Numbered from the whole stretch's first letter, positions 27,885 through 40,394 are shown. The stretch: DNA of 63,622 bases, filler included, from Octopus bimaculoides (GCF_001194135.2; 6 parts of 6 records of this genome joined end to end with filler, not necessarily neighbours in it), one strand, 5' to 3'. Numbers and translations: made by a program. Notes: generated from the letters alone by a model not told the origin.

Positions 27885-29042
27885 NNNNNNNNNNNNNNNN
27901 NNNNNNNNNNNNNNNNNNNNNNNNNNNNNNNNNNNNNNNNNNNNNNNNNNNNNNNNNNNNNNNNNNNNNNNNNNNNNNNNNNNNNNNNNNNNNNNNNNNN
28001 NNNNNNNNNNNNNNNNNNNNNNNNNNNNNNNNNNNNNNNNNNNNNNNNNNNNNNNNNNNNNNNNNNNNNNNNNNNNNNNNNNNNNNNNNNNNNNNNNNNN
28101 NNNNNNNNNNNNATATGTATTCAAATATAAAAGCAACTAACAGTTAAGACAATGAGAAACGACTAAAAATACCTTTGATGTAAGAGGCAAAAAGATTGTG
28201 CCTGAGAAGCTATAACCTCTGTCAACGCGTGCTGTTTGCATCATTAACTTTCAATATAAAACTGTCATATTCACAGCTTAAAAGGACTATTAGAATCTCA
28301 AGACTTGCCTTACTGAGTAACAATATTTTCTTAATAATAGATCCTATTTGATGTTAGTTAGTGTTTAGCGGCTTTGTTTCTGTTTTATGTTTATTTTTCT
28401 TGTGGTTGTGGCTGTTGTGTGTTGTGGTTGTTTTTCTTTTTTTTCTCCCTTTATTTTGAAGTCTTTAAATCTATATTTATGGTATTGGCATCGCACGATT
28501 TGTGTTAGATCTGGAGAATATATCTCGATAGATGACGCTTGACGCTTCAGCCATCGCGGCGTTAGTCTCCGATGGACCGCTGTCATAAAATATTCGAGAA
28601 ACCATTTATATTTTTAAATGTCATTGATACCAAAGAGAGAAAGAGGAAAGAGAAAAAAAAAAAACCAAATCGTTGCGCAACAAAAGAAATTAGATCTACG
28701 TAAATAAACCAAGACGCTGTTTGTTTAAAACACAGATGAAAAAGTGGATTTTGTTTCAGGAAGATCATAAATATTGCTTATATTCAGCTCTTGTTTAAAG
28801 GTTATATATATGTGAGTATATTCATAAATATATATGTGTGTGAATGTAGTATGTGTTTGTGTGTGTGTGAGATGCGATAAAATCTTGCTCGATACGGTTT
28901 GTTTCATTTGTTCCTTACGTACGTTTCATCGTCGTAGTTATCTACATCGCCTGTAGTGGATTTTCTAAGTGTAATTGGGTAAGTATCTAATATATATATC
29001 TACACACACACACACACACACATACATATATACATATATTTC

Positions 29043-29083
<41 letters not shown>

Positions 29084-29114
29084 AATATATATATATATAT
29101 ATGTATATACATGA

Positions 29115-29410
29115 GTGAAGGCACAAGACTCAGTGGTTAGAGCGTCGAACTTACGATCGTGGCGTTGTGAGTTCGATTCCAAGACCGGGCTGTGTGTTGT
29201 GTTCTTGAGCAAGACACTTTATTTCATGTTACTTCAGTTCACTCAGGTGTAGAAACAAGTTGCCACGTCACAGGTGACAAGCTGTATCAGCCTTTGGCTT
29301 TCCCTTGGACAACATCGGCAGCATGAAGATAGGAGGTTGGTATTCACAGGTATTTGATGGTCTTCCATAAACAACCTTGCTCAGACTTGTGCCTTGGAGG
29401 GTAATCTCTA
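29115..29410 (+). mobile_element. SINE family D (tRNA head, TTGAGCAAGACACTT central box)
   Basis: A box CTCAGTGGTTAGAGC and B box GAGTTCGATTCC. Colinear with the copy at 63292-63622. Confidence 0.85.
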
Positions 29411-30159
29411 AATATATGAATGTATAGTATTATATAATACTATATANNNNNNNNNNNNNNNNNNNNNNNNNNNNNNNNNNNNNNNNNNNNNNNNNNNNNN
29501 NNNNNNNNNNNNNNNNNNNNNNNNNNNNNNNNNNNNNNNNNNNNNNNNNNNNNNNNNNNNNNNNNNNNNNNNNNNNNNNNNNNNNNNNNNNNNNNNNNNN
29601 NNNNNNNNNNNNNNNNNNNNNNNNNNNNNNNNNNNNNNNNNNNNNNNNNNNNNNNNNNNNNNNNNNNNNNNNNNNNNNNNNNNNNNNNNNNTATATATAT
29701 ATATATATATATATATTCCGCCGAGATCCATTTTACCTTTCAATATTTGGAGGGTAATAAAAAACAGAAGTTGAACACTGGAAGTCGATGTAATTAACTA
29801 TCCCACTTCACCTCGAAATTGCTGGCTTTGTGCCAAAACTGGAAAAAATTCAACTTTAAAAGCGCTGAAAGTCATGTAGATTGATTTTCTGAAACTACTG
29901 TTGTTGCATTGGACTCTTTGACTAGAATTGCGTATCCTATTAATTCTGTAAGTTTGCGATTTCTTTCAAGATGATAAACAGCAACAATTCTGGTTAAAAT
30001 ATTTTTTTTTAATTCCTCAGTTCTGAATTGATACAAAGTTTGTTCGGGAAAATATTTTTTTTTTATTCCTCCTGATAAAAATGGTTCTTTCAAATTTTAG
30101 CACTAAGTCAGAAATTTTATATGGATGTGTGTTAGTCTACTCCAGTATTTGACTAGTAC

Positions 30160-30700
30160 GTTAACTTATCGAACCATTAACAGTGATAGGAAAATTTGAC
30201 ATCGGTGGTATTTGAGCTCAAAACAGGAAACATCGGAAGCCATGCTACTAAGTGTGTTGACCGACGTGCTAACGATTCTGCCAATTGGCCGACATTCAAT
30301 TGACAAAAATAATCCTTTCTACTAAAGGCACAAGGCCTGAAATTTGGGGGAATGGGACTAGATATTATATCTGACCCCAGTGTTTCGCTGGTACTTAATT
30401 TATCGACTCCGAAAGGATGAAAGGCGAAGTTAACCTAGGAGGAATTTGGAGTCAGAACGTAAGACGAACAAAATACCGCTAACCATTTTGCCCCGTGTGC
30501 TAACGATTCTTTTCTTTTCTCCTCTAGGCACAAGGCCCGAAATTTTTGGGGAAGGGGTCAGTCGATTAGATCGACCCCAGTACGCATCTGGTACTCAATT
30601 TATCGACCCCTCAGCGGAATTTGAACTCAGAACGTAGAGACAGACGAAATACTACCAAGCATTTCGCCCGGCGTGCTAACGATTCTGCCAGCTCGCCACC
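30160..30700 (-). mobile_element. Three head-to-tail copies of SINE family A
   Basis: Units at about 30160-30295, 30309-30512 and 30513-30700. Each ends (on the plus strand) in GTGCTAACGATTCT and matches the intact copy at 61492-61709. Confidence 0.85.
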
Positions 30701-31036
30701 TTTCAATTAACAAAAATATAATATCGTATTTAAGATGTACAGCATATTTAATTTCCTTTTTGAGATTCCAATAAAAAGGATTTTGCTTGACATGTCCGAG
30801 AATCAGTTTTCAAATCTTAAGAACCCATAAGACTCGTATATATCTCTCTGCTTTGTGAAGTGATAAACGATTGAGAAATAAATGTTCCCCTGAAAATTGT
30901 ACTTAATTTTGCTGAAAGAACTGTCTTTCAACGAGATAAACCAATTAAAACTGCATTAAAACCAAAGAATTATTCGTCAAATCAACTCTGTTGAGAGAAT
31001 TCAGTAATAAAGATTGCATTATTTATAAATTTGTAA

Positions 31037-31252
31037 GCGGTGAGCTAACAGAATCGTTAGCTCGCAGGACAAAATGCTTAGCTGGCTTTCTTCCGGCTCT
31101 TTACGTTCTTAATACAAATGCTGCCGAGGTCATCTTTACGTTTCATCCATTTGGGATAAAGTAAGTAGCGTTCAAGTGCTTGTGTCGATGTACTCGACTC
31201 CGCCTTTCCCTCAAAATTGCTGGCCCTTTTGCCAAAATTAGAAAGCGTTATT
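31037..31252 (+). mobile_element. SINE family A, decayed
   Basis: GCGGTGAGCTAACAGAATCGTTAGC..AAAATGCTTAG..GCCGAGGTC, colinear with 61492-61709. Confidence 0.75.
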
Positions 31253-31558
31253 TTGAAACTAAAGACGGTTCTTGAAAGTCATCGGAATTAACACAGTCAG
31301 CTGAAGTAATAGAAATGAATAAACGACATTTTGGCATCTTCACTGGCTTCTTAATAAATCAGGATCTGCTTTCACTTTGTACTACCGGTAATTATAACTG
31401 CATTATACGTGCGTGCGCGCGCGTGTGTGTGCACATGTATCTATACGTGTGTGTGTATGACAAAGAAACTAATTATTGGAATCATCTCAGGTCGGTGACA
31501 TTGACTGATGAAACAGGCTAGGCTGATGACATTAAGCAGAGCATATGACAATATCCGT

Positions 31559-31803
31559 GGAGGCGCAATGGCCCAGTGGTTAGGGCAGCGGACTCGCGGT
31601 CATAGGTTCGCGGTTTCGATTCCCAGACCGGGCGTTGTGAGTGTTTATTGAGTGAAAACACCTAAAGCTCCACAAGGCTCCGGCAGTGGATGTGGAGTGC
31701 TCAGCCACTTGCACGTTAATTTCACGAGAAGGCTGTTCCGTTGATCGGGTCAACTGGAACCCTCGACGTCGTAAGCGACGGAGTGCCAACAACAACAACA
31801 ACA
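31559..31803 (+). mobile_element. SINE family C (tRNA head, (CAA)n tail) with an internal deletion
   Basis: Starts GGAGGCGCAATGGCCCAGTGGTTAGGGCAGCGGACTCGCGGTC and ends CGGAGTGCCAACAACAAC. It lacks the middle segment present at 49545-49911 and 56071-56457. Confidence 0.9.
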
Positions 31804-31869
31804 ATGACAATATCCTGAGCGGCTGGACCATAGTTTGAACAGCAATAACCATCTGAAAAGAGTGTCTGG

Positions 31870-32084
31870 AAATATTGGTTTCAAATTTTTGCACAAGGCC
31901 AGCAATTCTGAGGAGAAGGGAAATCGATTGCATCTATCCTGGTGATTCACTGGTAATTATTTTATCGACCCCGAAATGATAAAAGTCGTCCGCGGCGGAA
32001 TTTGAACTCAGACCGTAATGACGAACGAAATGCCGTCGAGCATTCTGTCTGGCGTGCTAATGATTTTGCCAGTTCGCCGCCTTA
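31870..32084 (-). mobile_element. SINE family A
   Basis: GGAATTTGAACTCAGA..GGCGTGCTAATGATTTTGCCAGTTCGCCGCC is the reverse complement of the family A head. Confidence 0.8.
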
Positions 32085-32848
32085 CAGTATCTCAAAATAT
32101 TAGAATCATTTTCCACACTGTATATAGAACACATCCATGCATGCATGCACGTACACACACACACACATACAAATACACACACACATACAGATATATATAT
32201 ATGCTTATGCATGCACATATGTACACACAAATACACCCACACATACACACATAAATATATATGTATTTCAATCCGCTAATGCACCTTATATAAATGATAT
32301 TAATGAAATAAGATCAAACGCTCAGCGACGAATTAGCAGAATCGCTGGAGCTTTGCACTATTTGTTCTAACTCTCTGAGTTCAAATGCTGCAGTGATCAA
32401 CTTTGTCTTTCATTCTTTCGCGGTTCAATAGATAAAGTACTAATCAAGGGCGGTGGATTAGTGGAACTGTAAGTCCAACTGAACGCCTTGTTGTATTGTT
32501 CTTGTCTTCTGAGTTCAAATCCCGCCGTGGCCTACACGGGTGATAGACTTAATCAGTCGTACAACCACCAAATGCATCTTGGGTGCATTTAGTAGAAGTC
32601 ATTTTGTAGCAAGAATTCGACTTAAATCTCCGGTCGGAAGATACCTCCGTCTCTCTTTTCCATCAGTCTTGCAGACTCTGCAATGGGTCATAGGCGAGAC
32701 GTTCTCTCTTGAATAAATGATAAAATATATTAATACAACATTTAATGTCTTGCAAGAGCCATATGTGCTAACATCGATAAACATATAAGTTGACATTTCA
32801 ATACGTATTGACAAGGCGACGAGCGGGCAGGATCATTACAGCGCGGGG

Positions 32849-33036
32849 CCTACATCCGGTGTCTTGGAGAAATTTCGAACCTGGGTTCTCATTCCTAAGA
32901 TATTTTTCGGTGTTATTATTATTATTACTATTATTATTATTCAGGTCACTGCCTGGAATCGAACTCGGAATCTTGGAGTTAGTAGCCCGCGCTCTTAACC
33001 ACTACGTCATAAGCCCGTGGGCATATGGTGTAGTGG
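32849..33036 (-). mobile_element. Composite element copy 2: palindromic tRNA-like head + (AAT)n + spacer + truncated hammerhead 5' half
   Basis: Minus-strand head GGGCTTATGACGTAGTGGTTAAGAGCGCGGGCTACTAACTCCAAGATTCCGAGTTCGATTCC. Inverted 18-bp arm at 33019-33036. GACAC CGGATGT AGG at 32863-32849. Confidence 0.7.
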
Positions 33037-33066
33037 CGTGTGGTATGTGTTAGGTTGATTATTAAT

Positions 33067-33190
33067 GCGGCGAGCTGGTTGGGCAAAATGCTCGGCTACA
33101 AGTCATCCGTTTTTACGCTCTGAGTTCAAATTCCACCGTGGTCGACTTTGACTTTCATCCTTTCGGGGTTGATAAAACAAGTACCAGTTG
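33067..33190 (+). mobile_element. SINE family A fragment
   Basis: GCGGCGAGCTGG..CTGAGTTCAAATTCCACCGTGGTCGACTTTGACTTTCATCCTTTCGGGGTTGATAAAACAAGTACCAG. Confidence 0.8.
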
Positions 33191-33371
33191 TCAAAATTTG
33201 AAATCAATATATAACTGACATGTCAATTTTAATACGCCTTTAGATATTTTTTCTTCCGTTTAAATCCTAACATCGAAAACGAGCACACAATGCTGTTTAG
33301 TATTAATAAAATAAATACGACACTGAAGATGATTAAATCAATTATTCTCTCTACATGGAAATAGAAACTTA

Positions 33372-33591
33372 CGGGAGAGATACTGAAAAGTTTCTGGCTT
33401 TAAGGGTATTGCGAAAGGCTTGGTAGGATGCCCAGCCTTCCGTGTTCTTTTTAGAAAGGTTTAGAATAATTGAAGGATTTCTGCAATAAGTGAGTGAATC
33501 TGTGAGGGGAATATGTTGAATTAAATCATAATTACTTGATCCTCTTTTATTTTATTTTACCCAAATTAAGGAACATTTCAGCACCGCACCG
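33372..33591 (+). mobile_element. Mariner-derived MITE (about 220 bp), copy 1
   Basis: Decayed TIRs with TA flanks. The body is homologous to 55733-55949 (CTGGCTTTAAGGGTAT..GGGGAATATGTTGAA). Confidence 0.7.
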
Positions 33592-34657
33592 TACGTAGAA
33601 ATTAGATATTTAAGTTTTAGAGGTAAGACAAAGTGCCAAGTAGAAACGATTGCTTTAACTCTCTCAGTTGATGGAATCATCTATGGATGCTCAAGGTGAC
33701 AAGCATTTCAATGTTAATAACTTTATGCATCCGGTGATGGAATTTAGTCTCTATATCACAAGTTACCAACATACTAGTCGATCACAAAATGCTTCTTCGT
33801 TTTACTCCTGTGACCTACTTTGCCACTTATTTAGATCTGAGTTCAACGAAAGTTGAGTTGCATATCTTTACTACAGAGACAGTAACGCCGGGCAAGAGAT
33901 AAGAATTCTTCACAGCTTTCGCTTCAGCCAGCTGCGACTCTCATACGACACATTAAATAGTTTTAAGTACCTTACCTTCTACATATCTCATTGAAGTGAT
34001 ACCAAAATACATATTTCTAAGAAAGTTGGCGATAAAATTTTCACTATCAAAGAAATATAATGTAATTGATTAAAATGTCTTCGGCACATAAATAGATAGA
34101 TACTTCACATCTTTAACATGAAACATATGAAATAATTTCCATAATATTTCATAGCAGATAATTTGGGATGTCAAGGATAAGAGATCTCTAATGAAATATA
34201 GAATATGGAAACATGTGTTAGGAGAGATATCTAATGTGTTACAGAGGGAAAGATTATCAACTATACAGTTTAGATCAAACAAACTGATAGTGGGTATGAA
34301 TGATGTAACCTTCCAATCCGATGGCTACTTTGGAAATTGGAATGGACTCTGAGAATTTTGAAGTATGAAAGCGTTTGCTGAAACTAATGAATATTTCCGA
34401 GATGAATGTTACGAGATATTTTAGATGATATGTGAAGAGCGTGTAGTTAGCGTGTAGTTATTATATAACATATTTAACTAAAGGAAATCGCTGAACGGCT
34501 GTTAACGATAAAACGATGCTTTTTAGGCAGTCTATTGTTACACAAGCACTATATAATCAACACTACAGCGAAATATTTGTTTATCTATAAAATCGAAAAA
34601 TAAATGCTAGGATGTCTATTTAGTAATTTCTTACAGACGACAAAGATGTCAACTATA

Positions 34658-34756
34658 CAGGGTGGTTGAAAATGAATGGTATGAAAAAGAAATATATTAG
34701 GTAGAACTCTGACATGTACGCTTTCTTTTTTGTACCATTCATTTTGAATCGCCCTC
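34658..34756. mobile_element. 99-bp Tc1/mariner-type MITE
   Basis: 24-bp TIRs CAGGGTGGTTGAAAATGAATGGTA and TACCATTCATTTTGAATCGCCCTC, with TA at both flanks. Confidence 0.75.
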
Positions 34757-35125
34757 TATATATCGAAGGGAATATTATATAAGATACAATTCATATCATT
34801 CGTAAAAGCCATATCGGTTACACCAAGCGATTTAACAAATGTGCTTGGAACATTCTGAAGTAGATTCTTTAGCAGAATCTTTAATGTGTTTCCAACAAAT
34901 ACAAGAAACAGAATCACAGTCAATGATCAAACTGCTATTAAAAGGGACTTTCACTCTTTGTTGTTTGATTTCATTTTTCTACGGTTGTAGAAGCGTATGC
35001 GCATGTTCTTATATACATGAGTGTAAGTCTATGCATATGTACACCTAACATACATACGCATATGTCTATAAGGGACATGCTATCATCTGCTTTGTCCCTT
35101 ATAAGAATATATTTCTGTAATACAT

Positions 35126-35182
<57 letters not shown>

Positions 35183-35340
35183 TAGCGTAAGAAACCGTTT
35201 AGTCGATTATAACTTTACTATATAGACCCATGGGTTTTGAAACACATTGGCATCGAATAACATCAACTTCAAATTTGACTTTCCTTCTACTGGAGACGAA
35301 ACAATAATCATTAGAGAGGAACTGCGTTCGATCTCAAATC

Positions 35341-35975
35341 TATCGCCCAATTAAATTTGAAATTCTGTTCGAGCGCCTAATTAAATTTGAAGTCCTATTC
35401 GTACACCCAATTAAATTTAAAATTCTGTTCGTACGCCCTATTCAATTTGAAGTTCTTTTCGTACGCCCTATTCAATTTCAAGGTATTTTCGTACGCCTTA
35501 TTAAATTTGAAGTTCTCGTACGCCCAGTTAAATTTGAATACCTGTTCGTACGACGCCCTATTAAATTTGAAGTTTTTTCGTACGCCCTATTAAATTTGAA
35601 GCCCTTTTCGTACGCCCTGTTAAATTTGAAGTCCTTTTCGTACGCCCAATTAAATTTGAAGTTCTGTTCGTATGCCCAATTAAATTTCAAGTTCTTTTTG
35701 TATGCCCTATTTAATTTAAAGTTTTGTTCGTACGCTCTATTTAATTTGAAGTTATTTTGGTACGCCCTATTAAATTTGAAGTCCTTTTTGTACGTCCAAT
35801 TAAATTTAAAGTCCTGTTCATACACCCAATTAAATTTGAAATTCTGTTCGTACGCCCTATTAAATTTAAAGTCCTTTTCGTACGTCCAATCAAATTTAAA
35901 CTACTATTCGTACGCCCTATAAAAAATTATTGTTCTATTCGTAAACCCTATTAAATCTGAAGTTTTGTTCATACA
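35341..35975. repeat. 30-bp minisatellite, about 21 copies, consensus GTACGCCCTATTAAATTTGAAGTTCTTTTC
   Basis: Direct reading shows a 30-bp period with a conserved core and a variable 6-8-nt tail, plus a few indels (-3, +3, -1). Confidence 0.95.
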
Positions 35976-36495
35976 CTACTAATCAGTACCGATTTACGAC
36001 CATTCTTATATTTCAAGATTAAACCTTACAGGCACCATTGATCGATACAGTAATATATCAGGTGAGAACTGGTATCAGTTTGATCCACCGTTTCTTCTAT
36101 ATAGAACATGAACAAATCTGTAAACATTGACCTTTCTAACAAAGCCGTATTACAATGGCAGAAAATTTGCTTTCATAAGATTCGAAAATATTGCAATAGA
36201 AGACCACTCGACCTAAACCATCCCCATATCATAATATCATAATAAGCGATTGATAAAAATATTAATGTTGTTGTTAATTTCGTTGTTTACTTTTTTACAT
36301 ACTTTCTTCTTAACGTTATTTTTCAATTCATAAATTCTTCGTAACAATATTATGATTATTGTATTTTACATTCTTCTCTTTATCAATTTGGTTTTATGTA
36401 GCAGACACCACAATTTTGTATGTGTGTATGTATGTATGCATGCATGTATGTATGTATGTACGTATGTATGCATGTATGTATATATGTATGCATGC

Positions 36496-36534
<39 letters not shown>

Positions 36535-36939
36535 NNNNNNNNNNNNNNNNNNNNNNNNNNNNNNNNNNNNNNNNNNNNNNNNNNNNNNNNNNNNNNNNNN
36601 NNNNNNNNNNNNNNNNNNNNNNNNNNNNNNNNNNNNNNNNNNNNNNNNNNNNNNNNNNNNNNNNNNNNNNNNNNNNNNNNNNNNNNNNNNNNNNNNNNNN
36701 NNNNNNNNNNNNNNNNNNNNNNNNNNNNNNNNNNNNNNNNNNNNNNNNNNNNNNNNNNNNNNNNNNNNNNNNNNNNNNNNNNNNNNNNNNNNNNNNNNNN
36801 NNNNNNNNNNNNNNNNNNNNNNNNNNNNNNNNNNNNNNNNNNNNNNNNNNNNNNNNNNNNNNATATATACATAAATACATGCATACATACATATACATAT
36901 ATTTAAATATATGTATATGTATATATATATATATGTTGA

Positions 36940-36970
<31 letters not shown>

Positions 36971-37083
36971 TTAAGTACATACGTATGTATATAATTATGT
37001 GTATATACGTGTGTATATATCCATATATCTTATATGTCTGTAAATCAATAGATATCTATATGTATGTGGGTATGTACGTCTGT

Positions 37084-37158
<75 letters not shown>

Positions 37159-37999
37159 TGGTAAATAATTTATTAGCATTTCTTGACACTTTCTCTTCCT
37201 TCCATTCTTTCCAACATTGTTTCTGTTTTCATCTTTTAATTTTTCTTTCTTTCTTTTATACTTTTAAGTATTACTTTCTTTATCTATTTCTTTTACAATC
37301 TAGTTTATCCTCCCCCCTTTTCCCACAACACATCGCCATTCCAGCCTCACCCCCATTCCTACCCCATCACCCGACACTATGTTTCTTTGCTAAAAATTCT
37401 TTCAGATTGTAATAATATCAGTATTTACAGAAGGCACCAATTTCACGCATTATTAAATTAAAGAAACAGAAGACGATCGGAGAAGCTCATCTCATTGCCT
37501 TTGTTTGGCTTCACGTTTAGAAAACAAAACATAAGAAAGGAATATAACATAATACCAAAGACAAGTAATATTAACACGTACGAAAACGCGAGGCGATCAC
37601 TCACACACATACTGTAACACGCATGGAAATGAAAAAAGAAACATATACACGAAATATGAACGACAGATGATTCTCGTTGTTAGCAGCTTTGAATTTATTA
37701 GTTGCCACCATTTTGTAACAGTTAAAACATGACAGCGCTATGTATGTATGCGTACATCCTTCTATACAACCATTCCTGTGTGTCTGGGTGTTCATAAGTC
37801 ATAAACATTTGTGTGTAATGTTTAGATTGCCAATTCAGTGAAAGACAGCATCATGCATAAGCAACACACACAAAAACGCAAACACACATACACGTGCACA
37901 GATATATATATGTATGTAATTATTTATATATGTAATTTTATGTATATAGGGATGTTGCTTGCCTATGAAAAGTGTGTATGTATGTCATTGTTCCGTTTT

Positions 38000-38545
38000 A
38001 TTTCAAGATTTCCTGCCAATAGAGAAAGAGCCTGTTTCCAACCTATATTCAAGGCTCCTTCATTGAAACTTCAACATCAAAGGCATGGTATTTTTCTTTG
38101 TTTGTTTGCATGTATGTATATTTTGTTTTCTGCATGTGTTCTAGTGCATATAGTTGCATATCTAGACATGCTCACATATATTTAAATGATAAACATCTGG
38201 AAAGGTTTACAGATTTTTTACAGTTCCAGTAATGGATTGGATCTGTAGTCTTCGAATGAGCTTTCTTCCTTTTGGTACTCAGGAGCCTAATTTCTCAAGA
38301 TTGGTATTTAGGTAGAGTGTTACATTTGCTAGGGCCCCAATAATTACAGGTGTAAACCTGAACTTGTAATCTGGATAGAGTAACTGCTGATTTCTCAATA
38401 GTTCAGTATAGATATTCTCTTTTTCACCGATCTTCAGCTTTATAAGAATATCTGCTGGGCAGCTAATTTCTACAACTGTGCACAGTTTCTTTTCTTATCC
38501 CAAATCATTATATTAGGTCTGTTGTGCTTACATTTTATTGATGTC
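38000..38545 (-). mobile_element. 3' fragment of an RLE-type non-LTR retrotransposon (restriction-like endonuclease domain)
   Basis: With frameshifts, the minus strand reads CKHNRPNIMIWDKK..CTVVEISCPADI..KIGEKENIY..LLYPDYKFRFTPVIIGA..NLEKLG..IRRLQIQSITGTVKICK. This is the PD..D/E..K RLE signature. Confidence 0.8.
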
Positions 38546-38554
38546 TTAATAATA

Positions 38555-38594
38555 ACAGCAGCAGCAACAGCAGCAGTAATAGCAGCAGCGGTAT

Positions 38595-38651
<57 letters not shown>

Positions 38652-38766
38652 TAGTGACAATAGCAGGAAGCAGCTGCTGCAGCAGTAGTAGTAGTAGTAG
38701 TAGTAGTAACAATAGCAGGAAGCAGCTGCAGCAGCATCAGTAGTCGTAGTAGTAGTAGTAGTAGTT

Positions 38767-38797
<31 letters not shown>

Positions 38798-38899
38798 GAG
38801 GAGGAGGAGGAGAGATGATAGTGGCGGCGACGGCGGCAGTAGTAGTGGTAATGATACTAATAGTCGTCGTGGTAGAGGGGGTGTAGTGGTGGCGACGGC

Positions 38900-38972
<73 letters not shown>

Positions 38973-39050
38973 AGAACAACAACAACATGAATCACACCAA
39001 TAACACAAACTACGGCAACAAAAATGCCTACAACAACAACAACAACAACA
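38555..39050. repeat. Compound trinucleotide array: (CAG)n, (TAG)n, (GGA)n, (CAA)n
   Basis: Read directly. The block AATAGCAGGAAGCAGCTGC is duplicated at about 38659 and 38710. Confidence 0.9.
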
Positions 39051-40285
39051 ACGTCGACGATGAAGACCGCAGCAACGACAAGAATTAGTTTTTTAAAAAA
39101 AAAGCAAAACGTAACAAAACCGTATTTGGAACTTGAGAAACAAGCGGAAACAATTTCACATAGAAACATGTGAAAGGGCTAAGGATTTTTTAAATCATGC
39201 AATAAAAAAAAAGGAAAAAAGGAAAGACTAAGAGGAGGGGAAGAAGTGAACAGAATAAAATTTTAAAAAAATAAATGTTAATGAAATAAATAAAAACAAC
39301 AGAAAGAGAAAAAAGAAAAAAATAATAATATCAACGACAAAATCGAAAACAATGGCGTGATGGAAAAAATCATAAATGGTCAATTGATTTTATATTCCTT
39401 TTATTTTTTCTCTCTCTCTTCATTACTTTGGTATAATGGTTTCGTAGAATCTATTGGAGCTTACAGAGAATCTGCTGTTAATTGTTTTGTCTTTGGATGC
39501 GTTATTCCCAAATTGATTTCCCATAGCAAAATACTGCTCAAAGAAATTTAAAACTTCATTTATTTTCATGTCAAATATTTCGGACTTTTATTGTCTTTAA
39601 GATGTTCTTTAGCTTCCTTTACTAATTAATTTGGCAGTCTTTATTTTCATTTTCATTTTTAATTTGTTCTACTCATTTTTTTTTATTTTTATTTTATTTT
39701 ATTTTATTTCTATATTACGAATTTGTTTCCTGAAACAGTTTCGGAGAGATACAGTATATCGTACAAATTAGTAAAAACCGTTTTGTGTTCATACGTACTT
39801 CATATATCTGTGCATACACAATTTGGCACACAACGAAAATAAATCTATAACGAACTGATGAGGATTCTGCACTAACTAAAACCGAGACAAACTAACTTCC
39901 AATCTACACCTGCAATTAGTGGAAGTCTTCATTATATCCTTCATTTTTTACTTGTTTCAGTCACCAAACTGCGGCCATGCTGGGACACCTCCTCATAGAC
40001 TTTTCAATCGAATGAACCGATCCATATACATACATACATATATTTACTGATATATATATATATACACTCTCTCTTTCCTTTCCTGAGCGTCCAATAATAC
40101 TATCCATATCACGTCCTNNNNNNNNNNNNNNNNNNNNNNNNNNNNNNNNNNNNNNNNNNNNNNNNNNNNNNNNNNNNNNNNNNNNNNNNNNNNNNNNNNN
40201 NNNNNNNNNNNNNNNNNNNNNNNNNNNNNNNNNNNNNNNNNNNTATATATATATATATATACGTATATGTATGTATGTATGTATG

Positions 40286-40394
40286 TATAAAAGAGACCAC
40301 TAAGTGGACTGCTAATGTGTTAGAAGAAGATCACCGAATAGTTCGGTGATCTTCTTCTTGCACATTAGCAATCCACTTAATGGTCTCTTTTATA
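40286..40394. repeat. Fold-back inverted repeat, 53-bp arms, 3-nt loop
   Basis: TATAAAAGAGACCACTAAGTGG..GATCACCGAA-TAG-TTCGGTGATC..CCACTTAATGGTCTCTTTTATA, 4 mismatches, flanked by TA repeats. Confidence 0.95.

Noticed and set aside
28500-28590. CpG-rich block with GCCGCGATGG Kozak-like start on the minus strand (MAEASSVIYRDIF..)
   Set aside because: It stops after about 25 codons with no good donor site and no recognisable homology.
35341-35975. CRISPR-like appearance of the 30-bp array
   Set aside because: The variable part is only 6-8 nt and related between units, there are no cas genes, and the context is eukaryotic.
39855-39895. CTGATGAGG..CCGAGAC motif
   Set aside because: GAAA is absent and there are no supporting stems.
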